A DNA stretch of 64,000 bases from Iphione sp. A-MEVVRFRX5 (Eukaryota): the NCBI GenBank assembly GCA_976226885.1, contig OZ320319.1, forward strand, positions 67,704,001-67,768,000, written 5' to 3'. Position numbers and translations under genes: made by a program. Every line of letters begins with the position of its first letter. Position 1 is the stretch's first letter. This document shows positions 32,527-45,300 of the stretch, piece after piece. The notes below the pieces were generated by a model that ran no database searches, had not been told where the DNA came from, and saw nothing but the letters and a program-made list of their open reading frames with translations.

Positions 32527-35500
32527 TATCATAGGCAAGGACACCCCGGCATTTACACTTCAACGGCTGTTTGCAACTGCTGATTTGTTCCAACTGGTTA
32601 CCTTTAAAGTGGAGATATGTGATTTCCTTCTATTCCTGGGCTGAACCTGGTTTCTATCAAATGTTATAAACGTGCATGTCGTACGCTCTCAGAAGGGAAG
32701 AACATGCCAATTTAAAGGTGTACTTTTTCACTTTGGATCTTGATATTGTCCTTACGGCCACATCACATCGATTGCTAGTTTATTAAACAGACAACACATG
32801 AAGACATATATTCCTGATTATGGTTGATACATGTGTACTATATATGTGAGTTTTGTTAACGTTCTATGAGAGTATACACGTGTAGTATGTTCCCTTTAAT
32901 GGACTTAACAATAACTATAAAAAGTCAAAAAAACAAAAAATAAGATTACAAAATATTTCTTGGTAAAATATTACTTTGGGAACGGTCAGTGTATCATTTC
33001 TTCTTTTATGAAATAGGACATCTTAATATATATTATTGTCTCCTGCTACTATTTTGGGGATGCTGATTAATAAGAAAGCTCAGTAAAATATAACGTTGGA
33101 TATTCTTGTAATATACTGGCAAAATGCTAGGTAGTTATCAAATTAATGGATATCTTATGCTCTTATGTGGTTACAATGGACAAAATAATATATATATATA
33201 TCCAGAGAGATACCAATCACAAATACCCTCTTATCTATTAGACTCCAAAGTTTATTTTCATATTACCGCATAATATAAGCATGAAGCTCTTGACAAAATA
33301 ACCCATGTTATGGAATGAACAATTTAACGCTAAGCGGAAGCAAATTACCATCGATCCTTAATACATCTTTAACTCTGGTAAATCGCGCTTGCATAGTACC
33401 TTTATCTCAAATCAAGTGTTATTCCCTTAATTCCTTCTAACCAACCAATGCAATTTGTATGCAGAGAAGTTTGTTTATACGTTCTTACATTAGGACCAAT
33501 ACGGAAGCCACAGAATATTTCCAATACGGATTTCTGACGCCAAATCATTTCAGGCAACCAACCTATTCAACACAGAGATAGGTCCAAAGATCATTGCATG
33601 TTTTGACTTCTCGAAAGATAGATGAGGTTGGGTATGTCTGTATCTATTTTTTCTCATTACAAATAATAAAAGACGATTTCCTTTAGCGTTTTCTCGAGCT
33701 ACTTTGCTATTGGTACAGAAGTCGAACTATCAAATAGCAAGAAACGGCTTTTGTACTGATATTTTGCTGCTGTTGGTGTGGTATGGCCGTGACACAATGA
33801 ATAACGAGTTCGGCACTGTACCGTATTGAGCAGCTGAAGTGTAGGTGAGCGTCTGTACAGGGTTTAACGCTTGAAAAACCAAACACATAGTGAATAATAT
33901 AGGCCTAATACATTGTTTCTGGGTGGAAGTGTTCGGTTGGGTACGGTTCTTGAGTCTATGCGATCTCTGAACAGTTAACTTTTGGAGTTTCTTGAATATG
34001 TATGTCCTTACTGGTAGACGTCCTTATCGATATACATGATACAGGGTGTTATTTACAAAGCCAACTAATACTCCTTGATGAAAACGCGATTGAAGAACTT
34101 GAGATATGACAGATATTACCTGTTCCGAACCGCCTATACCCTATTCATGGATATGAAAATATCTAAGCTAGCCACGAAAAAGGAAGAACGTTCTGTCCCC
34201 AGCTTTTAACAGGGCCATAATTCTCATAACACATGATGGAACATAAGTACTCGTCTCTGGAGTGTACGGATCAGTCACTCATACAAGTACTCTTCACAAA
34301 GTGTCAGTATTGTAATATACTGACTTGTTGTCAATCACCTTAATGTACATGTACAGGTATATATCCTTTTGTACTCCACTCATCTTCTTTTCCTTTAAAG
34401 AACAAAAACTGCAGAGTATAAAAAGAACAATCAGTAAAATCATAATGACGAGATACATCTAAAGACAGTTTCGCGTAAGGTACCACAGAGTATGGTTTCT
34501 ACTTTACTCTAGTTTATTCTAGTCACAGCAACAGCTTAGCACATACAAAGGTTCATCAAACCCAAGGACTGAAGCTGAGAGAGAGGATTCTATCCCGCCT
34601 CCCTTTCTCTGATTTGCTTACGATAATCTCAACATAAAGAGACTAAGCGATGACTTATTTTCTTTTTGACATCATTATGTTGTTTTAGCAACAACCAAAG
34701 ACTACATGTAGTTTCCAGCACACGTGATACCCAATGAGGGGGAGGTGCCGCCGGTTTGTATGGTAGCCACCAGATGGTAGAGTACAAGAAGATGCTGCCA
34801 TCTGACGCTTCAGTTCGTGACGGTCACAGAAGGGTTGTTAGAATCGTCCTGAAGGAAAGAGGGTTATCGCCACTTATTCTACACAATTAACTCATGCAGA
34901 ACACAATTAATTGAATAATAGCGGTACTAATTCATATAGGATTTTATCTCTACTAGTTACTGCTCTGCCATTAACTTTACATTCAATGATAACGCTCAAT
35001 AAACGTTTGGCCACGTCTTTGAATATACATGTACTTAGTCGGGCCCACAACTTTAAAATTGACCTAAATTGGATAAAAGAATGTTTTACCCTTTCCAGAC
35101 CAAAAATGATAAAGTCATCCAGAGGTGCATTATGGTATAAAGGCTTCTGGTGATATGTATCTGTGACTATTGATTCATATATTCTCCATGCAAATAAAAC
35201 AACCAAGAAGTAGGTGTAAAGTATGTAAAGCAAAATTAATAATCTGGAACAGTTTTGGAGGAGTAGACAGATGACCAACCCAATAGTCACTTGTTCTTCA
35301 TGGTTACAACTAATGAATGTTAAATACGTTTAAACTCTTTCTTTATAATACATTAGTTTCAATAACAACAAACACGTTCGTATGTTCCAGTATATAATCC
35401 AAAATTTCACTCTTGAATATTCCTTTCCCGACATAAGTTACCGATAAAGAAGCCTAGCAGAACTGCTCATATTCATAGATATTATATAACATGATTACAT

Positions 35501-36045
35501 ATACACAGATACTAGGATTATATAATGTGTACAAATAATGCCTGTGAATTGGAATTAGGTTATCATTAAGCTGCTGCTGGAGGAAATTCATACCTTAATG
35601 TGCACATTATTACAATATGTTTTTAAATAGAACTTCTAAAAACTTACATTTATTATTGCCACGGTAACCACCTGTGAATCTCTGATAATATGTTGATACA
35701 GCGCAAATACAGGATTATCTTTCTGATAGTGTATAATTTCAAGCTTTGATATAATATCAGATGGGTCGCAATTCACTGACAGAATACGAGTTTAATGAAC
35801 TTTTATTATGATAAGAATATTTGGTTCCATTTTCTTGAAATAACACGAATTAGTATGATGTTTCTGGTATCTTTCTTACGATAAGTAAAATTCAATCTTG
35901 TACTGTTGCCAGGATAATGAAGCGAATTAAACACAACTGCTGTTAAAATAAGCAATAAGAGCTGGGCTTTAATTTTGATATAACATTGCAAATGAAGTAC
36001 CATGACAAGAATTGCTGGCGAAAATAATATTTCACTGCAGTTTAT

Positions 36046-36350
36046 TCAGCAAAATGGGTGCTTTTGGCGGTCTGAAAATGGTCTGATTTTTCTAAATAGC
36101 GGCTGCACTTCTATCTCCAAAATGATGGATGTTACCTTTGAAACTGACGGTGGACTGCCTGAGATGGGGCTGCAAGTTGTGGGTGTTACCTTTGGAACTG
36201 ATGGTGGACTGCCTGAGATGGGACTGCAAGCTTGATCTCCAGAACCACCCGACATGGACCTAGTGCGCAACTTCGGGAGGTCGTATTCCTCCATCGACAT
36301 AGAACGGAGACGTGCGGCCTTCTGAACATGCTGCATGGGCACGGATGATA
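36046..36350 (-). CDS. NDRG-like C-terminal exon (VSSVPMQHVQKAARLRSMSMEEYDLPKLRTRSMS...)
   Basis: Acceptor TGTTGTCAG, phase 1, RxRxxS motifs. The 3' part may be intronic if the internal AAG|GTAAC donors are used. Confidence 0.85.
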
Positions 36351-39300
36351 CTGACAACAGAAGTAACCACGGGAGATGATCATTGTTCAGTAAGAAGACG
36401 CATCATAAATTGCTGGTTACCGGAACTGTAACTGTATTTAAATCTGTGCTGTTACAAAGATTTCCTTACAAACATGACAGTCCTCATGATCTGATGAGAT
36501 TTCGAGCAAAATAAACAGAGCATGGTGTCGCCTGGTGCTATGTAAGTTATACAGTTTAGCCCTATATATTTAGGAAATACTGAAAGGAGAAGAGGCATCA
36601 AACAACCAACTAAGTTACAATGTGCATGCAGACCCTTATAAAGATCTGGGAAACCCGAAATGTTTTCACAAGAAGAGAACGTGATCATACTAACCGAGAC
36701 CCAGTCCTTGCAGAAAGTATTGGAAACATTCCACAAGTTTTTCCGGCTGAAATACAAAATGGCAGACAAAAGGTAAAAGGGCTGGTGCAAAAAGGTATTC
36801 CTCAACATTTATTTTCAATTACAACATCTAAAATCTCATTTTCAATTGGGAATTCGGTTTTTGCAAACAGGGGATTCAATGGTGTGAACGTGATACTCCA
36901 TCTGTCAGTTAACGTCTCCTTTAAAACCCGTTTCTATCCCCTCACGGATCCTACCGAAGAACACTAATTAAACTAAGGTGTATTTAAGGTTCCGGCTTCA
37001 CTCCCAGAAGAAGGCACTCACCTTTTCTTCTAACACATTGGCAATGCCGTGAACTTCGATGAATTCGACCTTGGTTTTGTCAGAGCAGTGCTTCACAATA
37101 GCCTGGTGAAGGAGATGGGTTGTATTCTTGAAGACTGACTTTGCACCAGTGATCAGCAGCACAGGAATCCTGTAACCGGGATAGTCACATCGTTTAATGA
37201 AAGAAAAATGTAATTCATTATGGGCATGATTTAACAGATCCATACTAAGACTCCACACGCACACTTACATTATATGAAAGAACCACTGATACAGAGGCTA
37301 GAAATGGAACGAACTGTCGTGTATAATTTTCAAACGATTTCCTCCAATATCTCAACAATTAAAGATATCTCAACGAAACATGATTTCTTTCATATTTTGC
37401 TATACGCTGTACTACATTAGTCTTAAAATACATATTACAAGTCATTCAACGTTCACTGACCCGTTCACACCAGGTTTAGCGTTATCTATTCTACTAATAA
37501 ACCCCGGATGGAACGCCTTCAACTTATTGCATGACTTACTTCAGTTTCTTCACGTTGTCTGGTGTGCAAATGTTTGTACGCCTGGAAGAAGACGTATGGC
37601 AAATCTTTGAATTACATGTATTTTTTTTAAAATCTATATGCAACAGGAGGCGAATACCTATTTAATCGAGGTAATTTATAATGCTGTGCTTTATTACCTA
37701 ACCTGCTGGATCACATGCATTAGAATGTTATTAAGACCGAGTATAAGGACGGTCTACACACAGCACACATATGAGGAATAACTTCAATTTGTTGGCTCTC
37801 CTAGCATACTCAAAATTCATGAAGAACCGAGTTGTCTGACACAGCCCCTCATTGCTGATCAGCGCACTCAATTAATACAGCTACATATACACTTCTTCAA
37901 GTCCTTCCTTAATGCAATATTGTGTAATGGCCGATTCTTACAAAGGCCCTGATAGAGAATGGTGCAATACAGCAAATGCACAATAGAAACGACGGACCAA
38001 ACGAAGACAAAAGCAAACTGAACTCCGGACATATGGGGTTAAAAAGGGGAAAATGTTAGACAGGCCTACTTTAGAAATGCCTCGACGAACTTCTTCAGGT
38101 TTTTAGGGTTGCAGCGAGTACGTAGGTTAGACTGGTAGTTGTCGATTGCTGATTTCAACTGCTGTTTGTCCTCCGCCTTATGGAACTGCAACATGCATTT
38201 ATCTGCTGTGAGCAATATGTGCACTCAAGAAAAGTGCCTTTAATATTTTAAAGTTAACGTTTGTAGTTAATTATTTGAAATTAGGCCAATTGCTTCCGAA
38301 TGCTTCGACTACTCAACCATCAGAGAGAGCTTTCAGAACAGCATATTAGAATTGACATCGGTATGTATTGCGAACAGGTTGACTGTTATCATAACATATA
38401 TGTTCTCTCCGTTATTCTTTTTGAGTAAAAGTAATTCGTTACATCAAAATCCACATGACATCTTAATAATTGTTATATTCAATGCAGTAAATCGCATAGT
38501 AATCACAAAGCAAATGGAAACAAGACGTGATTTCAAGTGTCACAGTACTACATACAACCTCTTCACCTGAAAAAAGATTCATAAGAATATTAAGGTTCAA
38601 GGGGAGAAAAAATATCGAATATCACTCGATTGAGACAAAGGTAAGTGCGTAGGGGGATCATATTCCTGTTAGTGCACAAAAGATAAATGTGGTATTAGTG
38701 GAAGTGTGAACTAATGCAAACACTTTGTGGTACATAATTCAACACGGATATTCGAGCTGTAGGCCCAATGACGGAAACTTAAGCGTTTTGCTTAGATTTT
38801 CTTGATATATCAACACTAAATTTGAAGCAACAGACTGTTCCTTCTGATAATACAATGAATACCATTTGCAAATTGATTTTCCGTCGAATATGAAAACTGG
38901 TTATAGCCATAACTGAGATTTAACTGTTAAAATATACGTCGACTAATCGTATGGTTAAAGCTGCTTGGAAATAATATTTTATAAGTACAAGGGAATAAAG
39001 TCGTTATTCTTACACTTTTTTAGAGTGATTAGAAACTAGTACCTAACTATTACGTTACTTAGAAATGAATGCTAGCATCGCACCAGAAGTTTATTGTGAG
39101 TATAGCGGATTTTCCTGTGCGCGGCGTTTGGCGCTTCCCATATTATTTTTCCAGTGGTTATTATTTGACGTAATGAGTTCGGCATGCGTATTCCTTTCTT
39201 GGCTATAGAATTTATGCATACACAGTACACACTGAAAGTAGCCTCCGAGTATATCATGGCATTCGTCCTGCCGATTAAAAAAATGCCTTTTTGTCCTACT

Positions 39301-42300
39301 TTCAGTATGAATATGATGTTAACATTAGAAAGGTGCATCCTTGAGCTATGTATCTTGTGTTGCGCTAAACTCTAAGTAGTATCAATGTTGGTCATTAGGA
39401 TTTAACTCTAGACCTCCCTTTATTCAAACATTGATACTAGTTCCATCAGTGGTGAAATTAAGGGAAAAAGAGGGAAAAGAGAAAAATAAAGTATGCTGAG
39501 TGAAAGAAAGCATATGTGACAAAGTTTCCGAAGTGACTTTACCTCATCCACTTTCTATATTCAGTAAAGCAGCCAGACAAAAGCATGGAATAGAGAGAAA
39601 GAGAGAACCAGGGCTGACATCACTTGCAGGAAAAAGGAAACCCGAGGCAAGGCATTTGTATAACGATATGCCTAGGACAGAATAACAGAAGCTTTGAGAA
39701 CTGCATTTTAAACAAAGAAATAGTCATTTCGCTACTTTATACGCCCTTAAAAATGTGACGGAAATAACACTGAAATACAAATGCATGTATCTCAATATAG
39801 AAGTCACTTTTGATAGAATGGATAACCCTAAAACTGTATATGATCAGCTATACATCAGGATGTCATTTCAATTTGATAAATAACAAAAACATAGTTTTGA
39901 TCAGGAAGTTCATAAAATAAATCAGAAGCGTACAAAAATAATTCAGTTACCACAGTTTCGTTTCACTGGTATTCATAGGATTCCATAAGAGTCCACCATA
40001 AAGAAATATCTAGTAGACATACTCTTATTTCTAGTCCTCCTTAACTACTGGGTGTACATTTATATGGGCTGTTTTAGCACTGGAGGTGGGGGTAAGCTAC
40101 ACAGAGACTCAAGATTTGAGTGTGCATAACGGTGCTCTGCGAGAATCATCGATCCACGCTTGTCGACGGGAAGGTGATCTCATGTTGTGGACAATCGGGC
40201 TAGGGAAATTCATTTTGTTAATAATCAAGAAAATGGAGTGGCATATGGACACGTAGGGAAATCTTTACAATGCACTTCTGTGAACGCAAAAAGACCAGAT
40301 TTCCTCACGGCGTCCATATACTGTAGTTATTAATCGGCATGTACTGGTTAAGAGACCAGTTGTGTAACCGTACATGGAATTCGAAGAGGACAAATCATGC
40401 AGTGACATCAATGTACGTTAATACTAGTGCACTGTGATTGTAAGTTGGTCGAACGTTTCAGCGTGTATGTCAGTGTAGACTGTTCATATCTCCATCCAGT
40501 CTTTTGTCACAATGGGGTACCGGTGTCCTTTCTTCTATCTGTGAGTAGTCATGCTTGTTAACGCCGTGTTAGATTTTTCAGAAGTCAACTATCAACTTGT
40601 GCTACTCCGCATATTCCTCAACCGGAAGTGACCTGTATGGTTCTCGAATCCTATAGCCTAGGTCAACAACAATTGTAAGACATCTACCAGGTGCATGTCT
40701 AGGAAGTGTAGGGTCAACTAAGCCAATGACTTCGTCTACCCTGATGTGCCTTATTGATGATAAAAGCTTGACATTACAAAATACCTATCGGTGATATTGC
40801 ATTCACTCACTAGTACATGGGCAGCTACATTGTAATATAGGAGGATAAGTGTAACTTAATCATCTACGCAGTAATGAAAGGAATACACGGTTGCCATAAA
40901 AACATGTTCCGCAGTACATTACCTCGGCTGCCGACTATACGTAAGGTCAAGGCCATTCATGTCAGTGGTGAAGGTCACCGTGAATAAATATGGAAAAGAG
41001 TGGAGAGACAACATTAGAAGGTTGCGATGGTAACCTAAGAAGTGAACGTAGACGGATACATGCAGCAATAAAGTGGGAGGGGAAATTCAGCGACAAAAGC
41101 TCCTTCCATCCAACAAAGAGAGCTCTAATAACATTCGTACTCTTACTGAATCTCAGGGCAATGAGAGGAAAGCAAAATTTCCTTAAAGTTTAGAAGCGTT
41201 GAGAAGGAAATAGAGGCATTAAATGAAAACCGATAAAGATACGATAGAAGCCTATAATTATTAATATCTATTTATTTAAGAGGAGGATGGCAATTGTTTT
41301 AATTTCCCATTCAAAATCAAAGCTTAATACTTGGTAATTTTGCTAGGTTAAGTACAATATTATCTAGGTGGGATCTCTCGCTACAAGAAGTACGCACCCA
41401 TCTAAAATGAATAATAGAAAGTTTGTTTAATATGCATGCAAAATCAATTCAAGCATCATGAAAGTAAATCGTGTAGTAAAGTAACGAAGCAGAGAAAGCT
41501 TAAAAACTTCATAATTTGGAGTTTTGCGAGTTAAATATGAATGGAAAATGAAGCCATTTTAAGAATAATAAACATGCTTAAGAAAATTTTTCGGATTCCT
41601 TATAATTTAGAAATATTTACAACCATAAGAAATATCAACTTCTCTTAAACGAGCACAGATCTCTGAAATTTTTCTATAAAGAATACAATTATTTTCTCGC
41701 AATATTTAAGCACTTAAGTCAGCTAGAGAAGGAGAGGTCAGATAACCTTAGAGGGAAACAAGAGAATGAAAAGTGAACTGAAATAGTACGGATGAAACTG
41801 GGTGCGTAATATAGATTACAAGCGTGACCGGAAACGCACGTGCTTTAGATATAGGACTCGGTGCGATTGTCACATTGACCCTGTTGCAAAGAGTGGCTTC
41901 GTTGCTTCCGGTATTGACGCCAATTATGGCCAACGCGCCTGTTACAAATCTCACACTAAATCCCAGTAGGCTGACGAGGATGGCAAGAGGGCTTGCCGGG
42001 CTGGGTGTCTTTTACAGGTGACCTCAAGGTACGGAAGGCAACATAGGAGGCCCTCGGTCACCAAATGACCCACAACATTACCATACCTATCCTGGATTCG
42101 GGGCGCATAAATCGTTAGAGCAAGCAGAAACACAAGAACAGTCAACATCAAGAGATACTGGAAAGCAAAAACAGGGGGGATATATTACAACTGAATAACA
42201 CTGCATTGAAGGAATTGCCTTAGAGTGAAAGAGTCAAAAGAATTGGTCACATTTTAGCAGAGAAACACGACACTTTCACAACACTGCTGCAGAAAAATTA

Positions 42301-45300
42301 AAACGATACACATACAAATTTCTATATATGCGTTCTGAGTAACATCATGCACAAGGCTGCGGAAACCCTATGCCCATACTGATTCACATATCCTTGCTAT
42401 AGATCTTGCATTTAACGATAACTTCTTGTGCATTATCAGTGAACATAAATTACATGAGACCACACGCTTGTTACGGCTTGTGTTTCCCCCAAACCGTATT
42501 TCAGTAGGATCTTTGGTCAATCTGGCCATCCCTTGTCAACCAACACGAACTGGTTACGTGTGTCCTCCTTGGTTTTAAACTGATTTAAGTCAGGTGCGTG
42601 CCGTTTGAAACTAGACCACTTTAGCAAACGTCATCACTGTCCTTTCTCTCGCAACGTATAGCGACGCAGTTCCCATCATACGATAGCTTGTTCATACAGA
42701 CTTCCTGGATCCAATCGACATAAGTCTTATACACTGCACGTGTTTATTACCTAATACCTCATCCATTATCTAGACTTAAGATGAATTCTCGAAAATAACC
42801 TTGACACGCGACATAAATTCCCCTGCAATGAAATAAATGTTGCATCATATCTTCAGTGGTTATTAGCCACTAAACTGGAGTTATTCTGAGATGCTAAGCG
42901 CATGCTTTAAAAAATATCTCTACACTCTTCTCAACATATTCACTCTTGCTCAGTGTTACTTTAACATGACCTTCCTTTTCCGCAGGTTTGCAATTGCCTT
43001 CAAATTATGCTCACGCGCACACTTGCGATATTTGAATAAGAAAAATGCACACTTTTCGTAGCGGCTTGTAGCTTTCTCGGTTAGACTGCTGCTTCGTTGG
43101 CAAACGTTACTCCAGTATCATAGACGATCCTGCATGCAGGCAAATTTTGTCTTCTATTGACTGTCGATTGCCTCCTGACCTTCAGACGGAATTCGACCGG
43201 TCCCGTAGACAGCTGAAAAGGAAGGGATGACTCACCGAGCCGTATCGATGCAGAACAAGATAGGCCTCTGCTGTCGGGTTCATTCCGATGTTGTCCAACT
43301 TCCAGTTGATGACCTTTCAAAAAAGGTGAATAATGAAGAATTGAAAGACGCACAAGAAGGATCTTTCTCGTAGAACACGGATTTGAACGTTTAATCTTTT
43401 GCAAATGCTGGCAAAAGACACAATATTTATTTGTCTCTAGGGGCGTGAAAGCCGGTCTTTTTCTAAACGATGAATTGAGAGTAGTTCACTTCGTAAAGTC
43501 GTCTCTGAATAAATCGCGTGATATCACAGGCAGGTATTAAGATTGTTTTGTGTATGGTACCTTGTCTTTCAGAGATTCCAAAAAGCCCGCTGTCGTTCCA
43601 GTACAGTGCATCAGGCACACTCCAAGGACACGTTCTGTATGTGCGATCTGGCGAAATAAGATGTGAGCTTAAGCTTATCGACAGTGATTAAAAGTAAATG
43701 CTGATTTTACGGTTTGGATGAATACCGGTACTTTTCATGGACAATCACTCTATGTGGTTAAGACAAGAAATTCGAATACATAATGACAGTGAGGCCATTT
43801 CCATTCCTGTCCATATCATAAGGTAGGTATTACAGTACTACATGCGAGGCCAGACTACTGACCCTGTTAAGTTTAACTGATTTGGCGTTTACTTACTGCG
43901 AACCTGGCCAAGATGTTTGCTCCAGCTCCTTCACCAAAACAGACGACATCTTTCAGCCTGAAGTGGGGAGAGATATGAAGACCTGCATTTTAACGGCTTC
44001 GATTGTAACGCACGCTGTCATTGACAAGAATGGATTTTTTTTCCTGTGGATATTCATAGATTTAAGAGTACAAGTATATATTTTCCTTGCAATTAGAAGA
44101 ATGGTTAACTTCACTTTTTACGTTTTGTTCAAATGATTTACCCCCGAAAGGCTACTCATTCAGACAACATGCAAAAGGTGAATTCAACTGAGCACTACAC
44201 TAAACCGTACTGGTCTAAGTTAATGCCAATTACCCCTACAGTGCGTGCGCTGGTATCTTTGTGTTTGATCCCTCTCGATTTTACATCACATTATCTTCAA
44301 TTTCTCAGCCTTATTGGTCATTGTGGAGATGCAAATTCTCAACAGAGGTTTTCTTTGGGGGACAGACTGCATGGATTTGTAACTTGAGCAGCCAGCAGTG
44401 AGCTAACTTGTCTTTCTTTGCATGTTGGAGTCCCATGTCTCTATTCCCAGCACCATAGAGTGTGTCTGTCGTGGCGCCATTATCCAATAATATGTTTTTT
44501 TTTCTGCTGATATATACGGCATGGTCCGCATCAGCTCGGCGAATGGATACATCACCCATGATCATGAGCCATTTTATAGACAAAGTATGGAACATTGTTG
44601 TATTTATGCAGAAAAAATATTGAATAATAGTCACTGTGGCTAGCATATGATCGTAAATCCTTCTGGCTGTGCAGAATCAATCTACGAATACACTTTCAGA
44701 CGGATATTTTCCTATTCCAGCGCTAGACTAGACATGGAAGGATAATGCAAAGAAAAATGTATTTCGGAGTCATATTCAGTGTTTAAGAGAAACCTAAAGG
44801 ACGAAAAGCTGTAGTTTTAGGAAACCACAGTGTACCTGTTATACCTGTCTACAGTTACTGTCTTACTAGCAAATTACAGCAGCAGGAATACAGTGGTCTG
44901 GGCTACATAAATCGTATAAATTCATTTCTTTACAAATGTATTGTTCATATGAGGTTCTCTGTTTTGACATGTTGTGCTTATAAAGGAACTTATGTCAGAT
45001 AAGCATCTGAACAATTTAGTTTGACGCTAGATATAGTGCAATATGAATATTGTTAACTACATGTATACCTCATGTCATTCATTAGGCCTAAAAAAGTTCT
45101 GTGTTTCCGGTAACAAGCAAAAAAAGACAGGGTTGGTTGGTAGGGACTATTTTTTTATTTTTCCTTTTTTCCAATGTTATTTCAGACTGTCAGGAAGAGA
45201 TGTGTATAGTTAATCACTTCTACTACTTGAATTTTGATAAAACTTATATCAAATGAAAGCTAGTAAGCTAGGCAGAAATTTGTTGTATAGAACATGTTGC

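Noticed and set aside
34907-35290. 127-aa minus-strand ORF with a hydrophobic N-terminus downstream of the NDRG-like gene
   Set aside because: Non-ATG start, AT-rich, no recognisable motif or splice context. Probably UTR or intergenic chance ORF.
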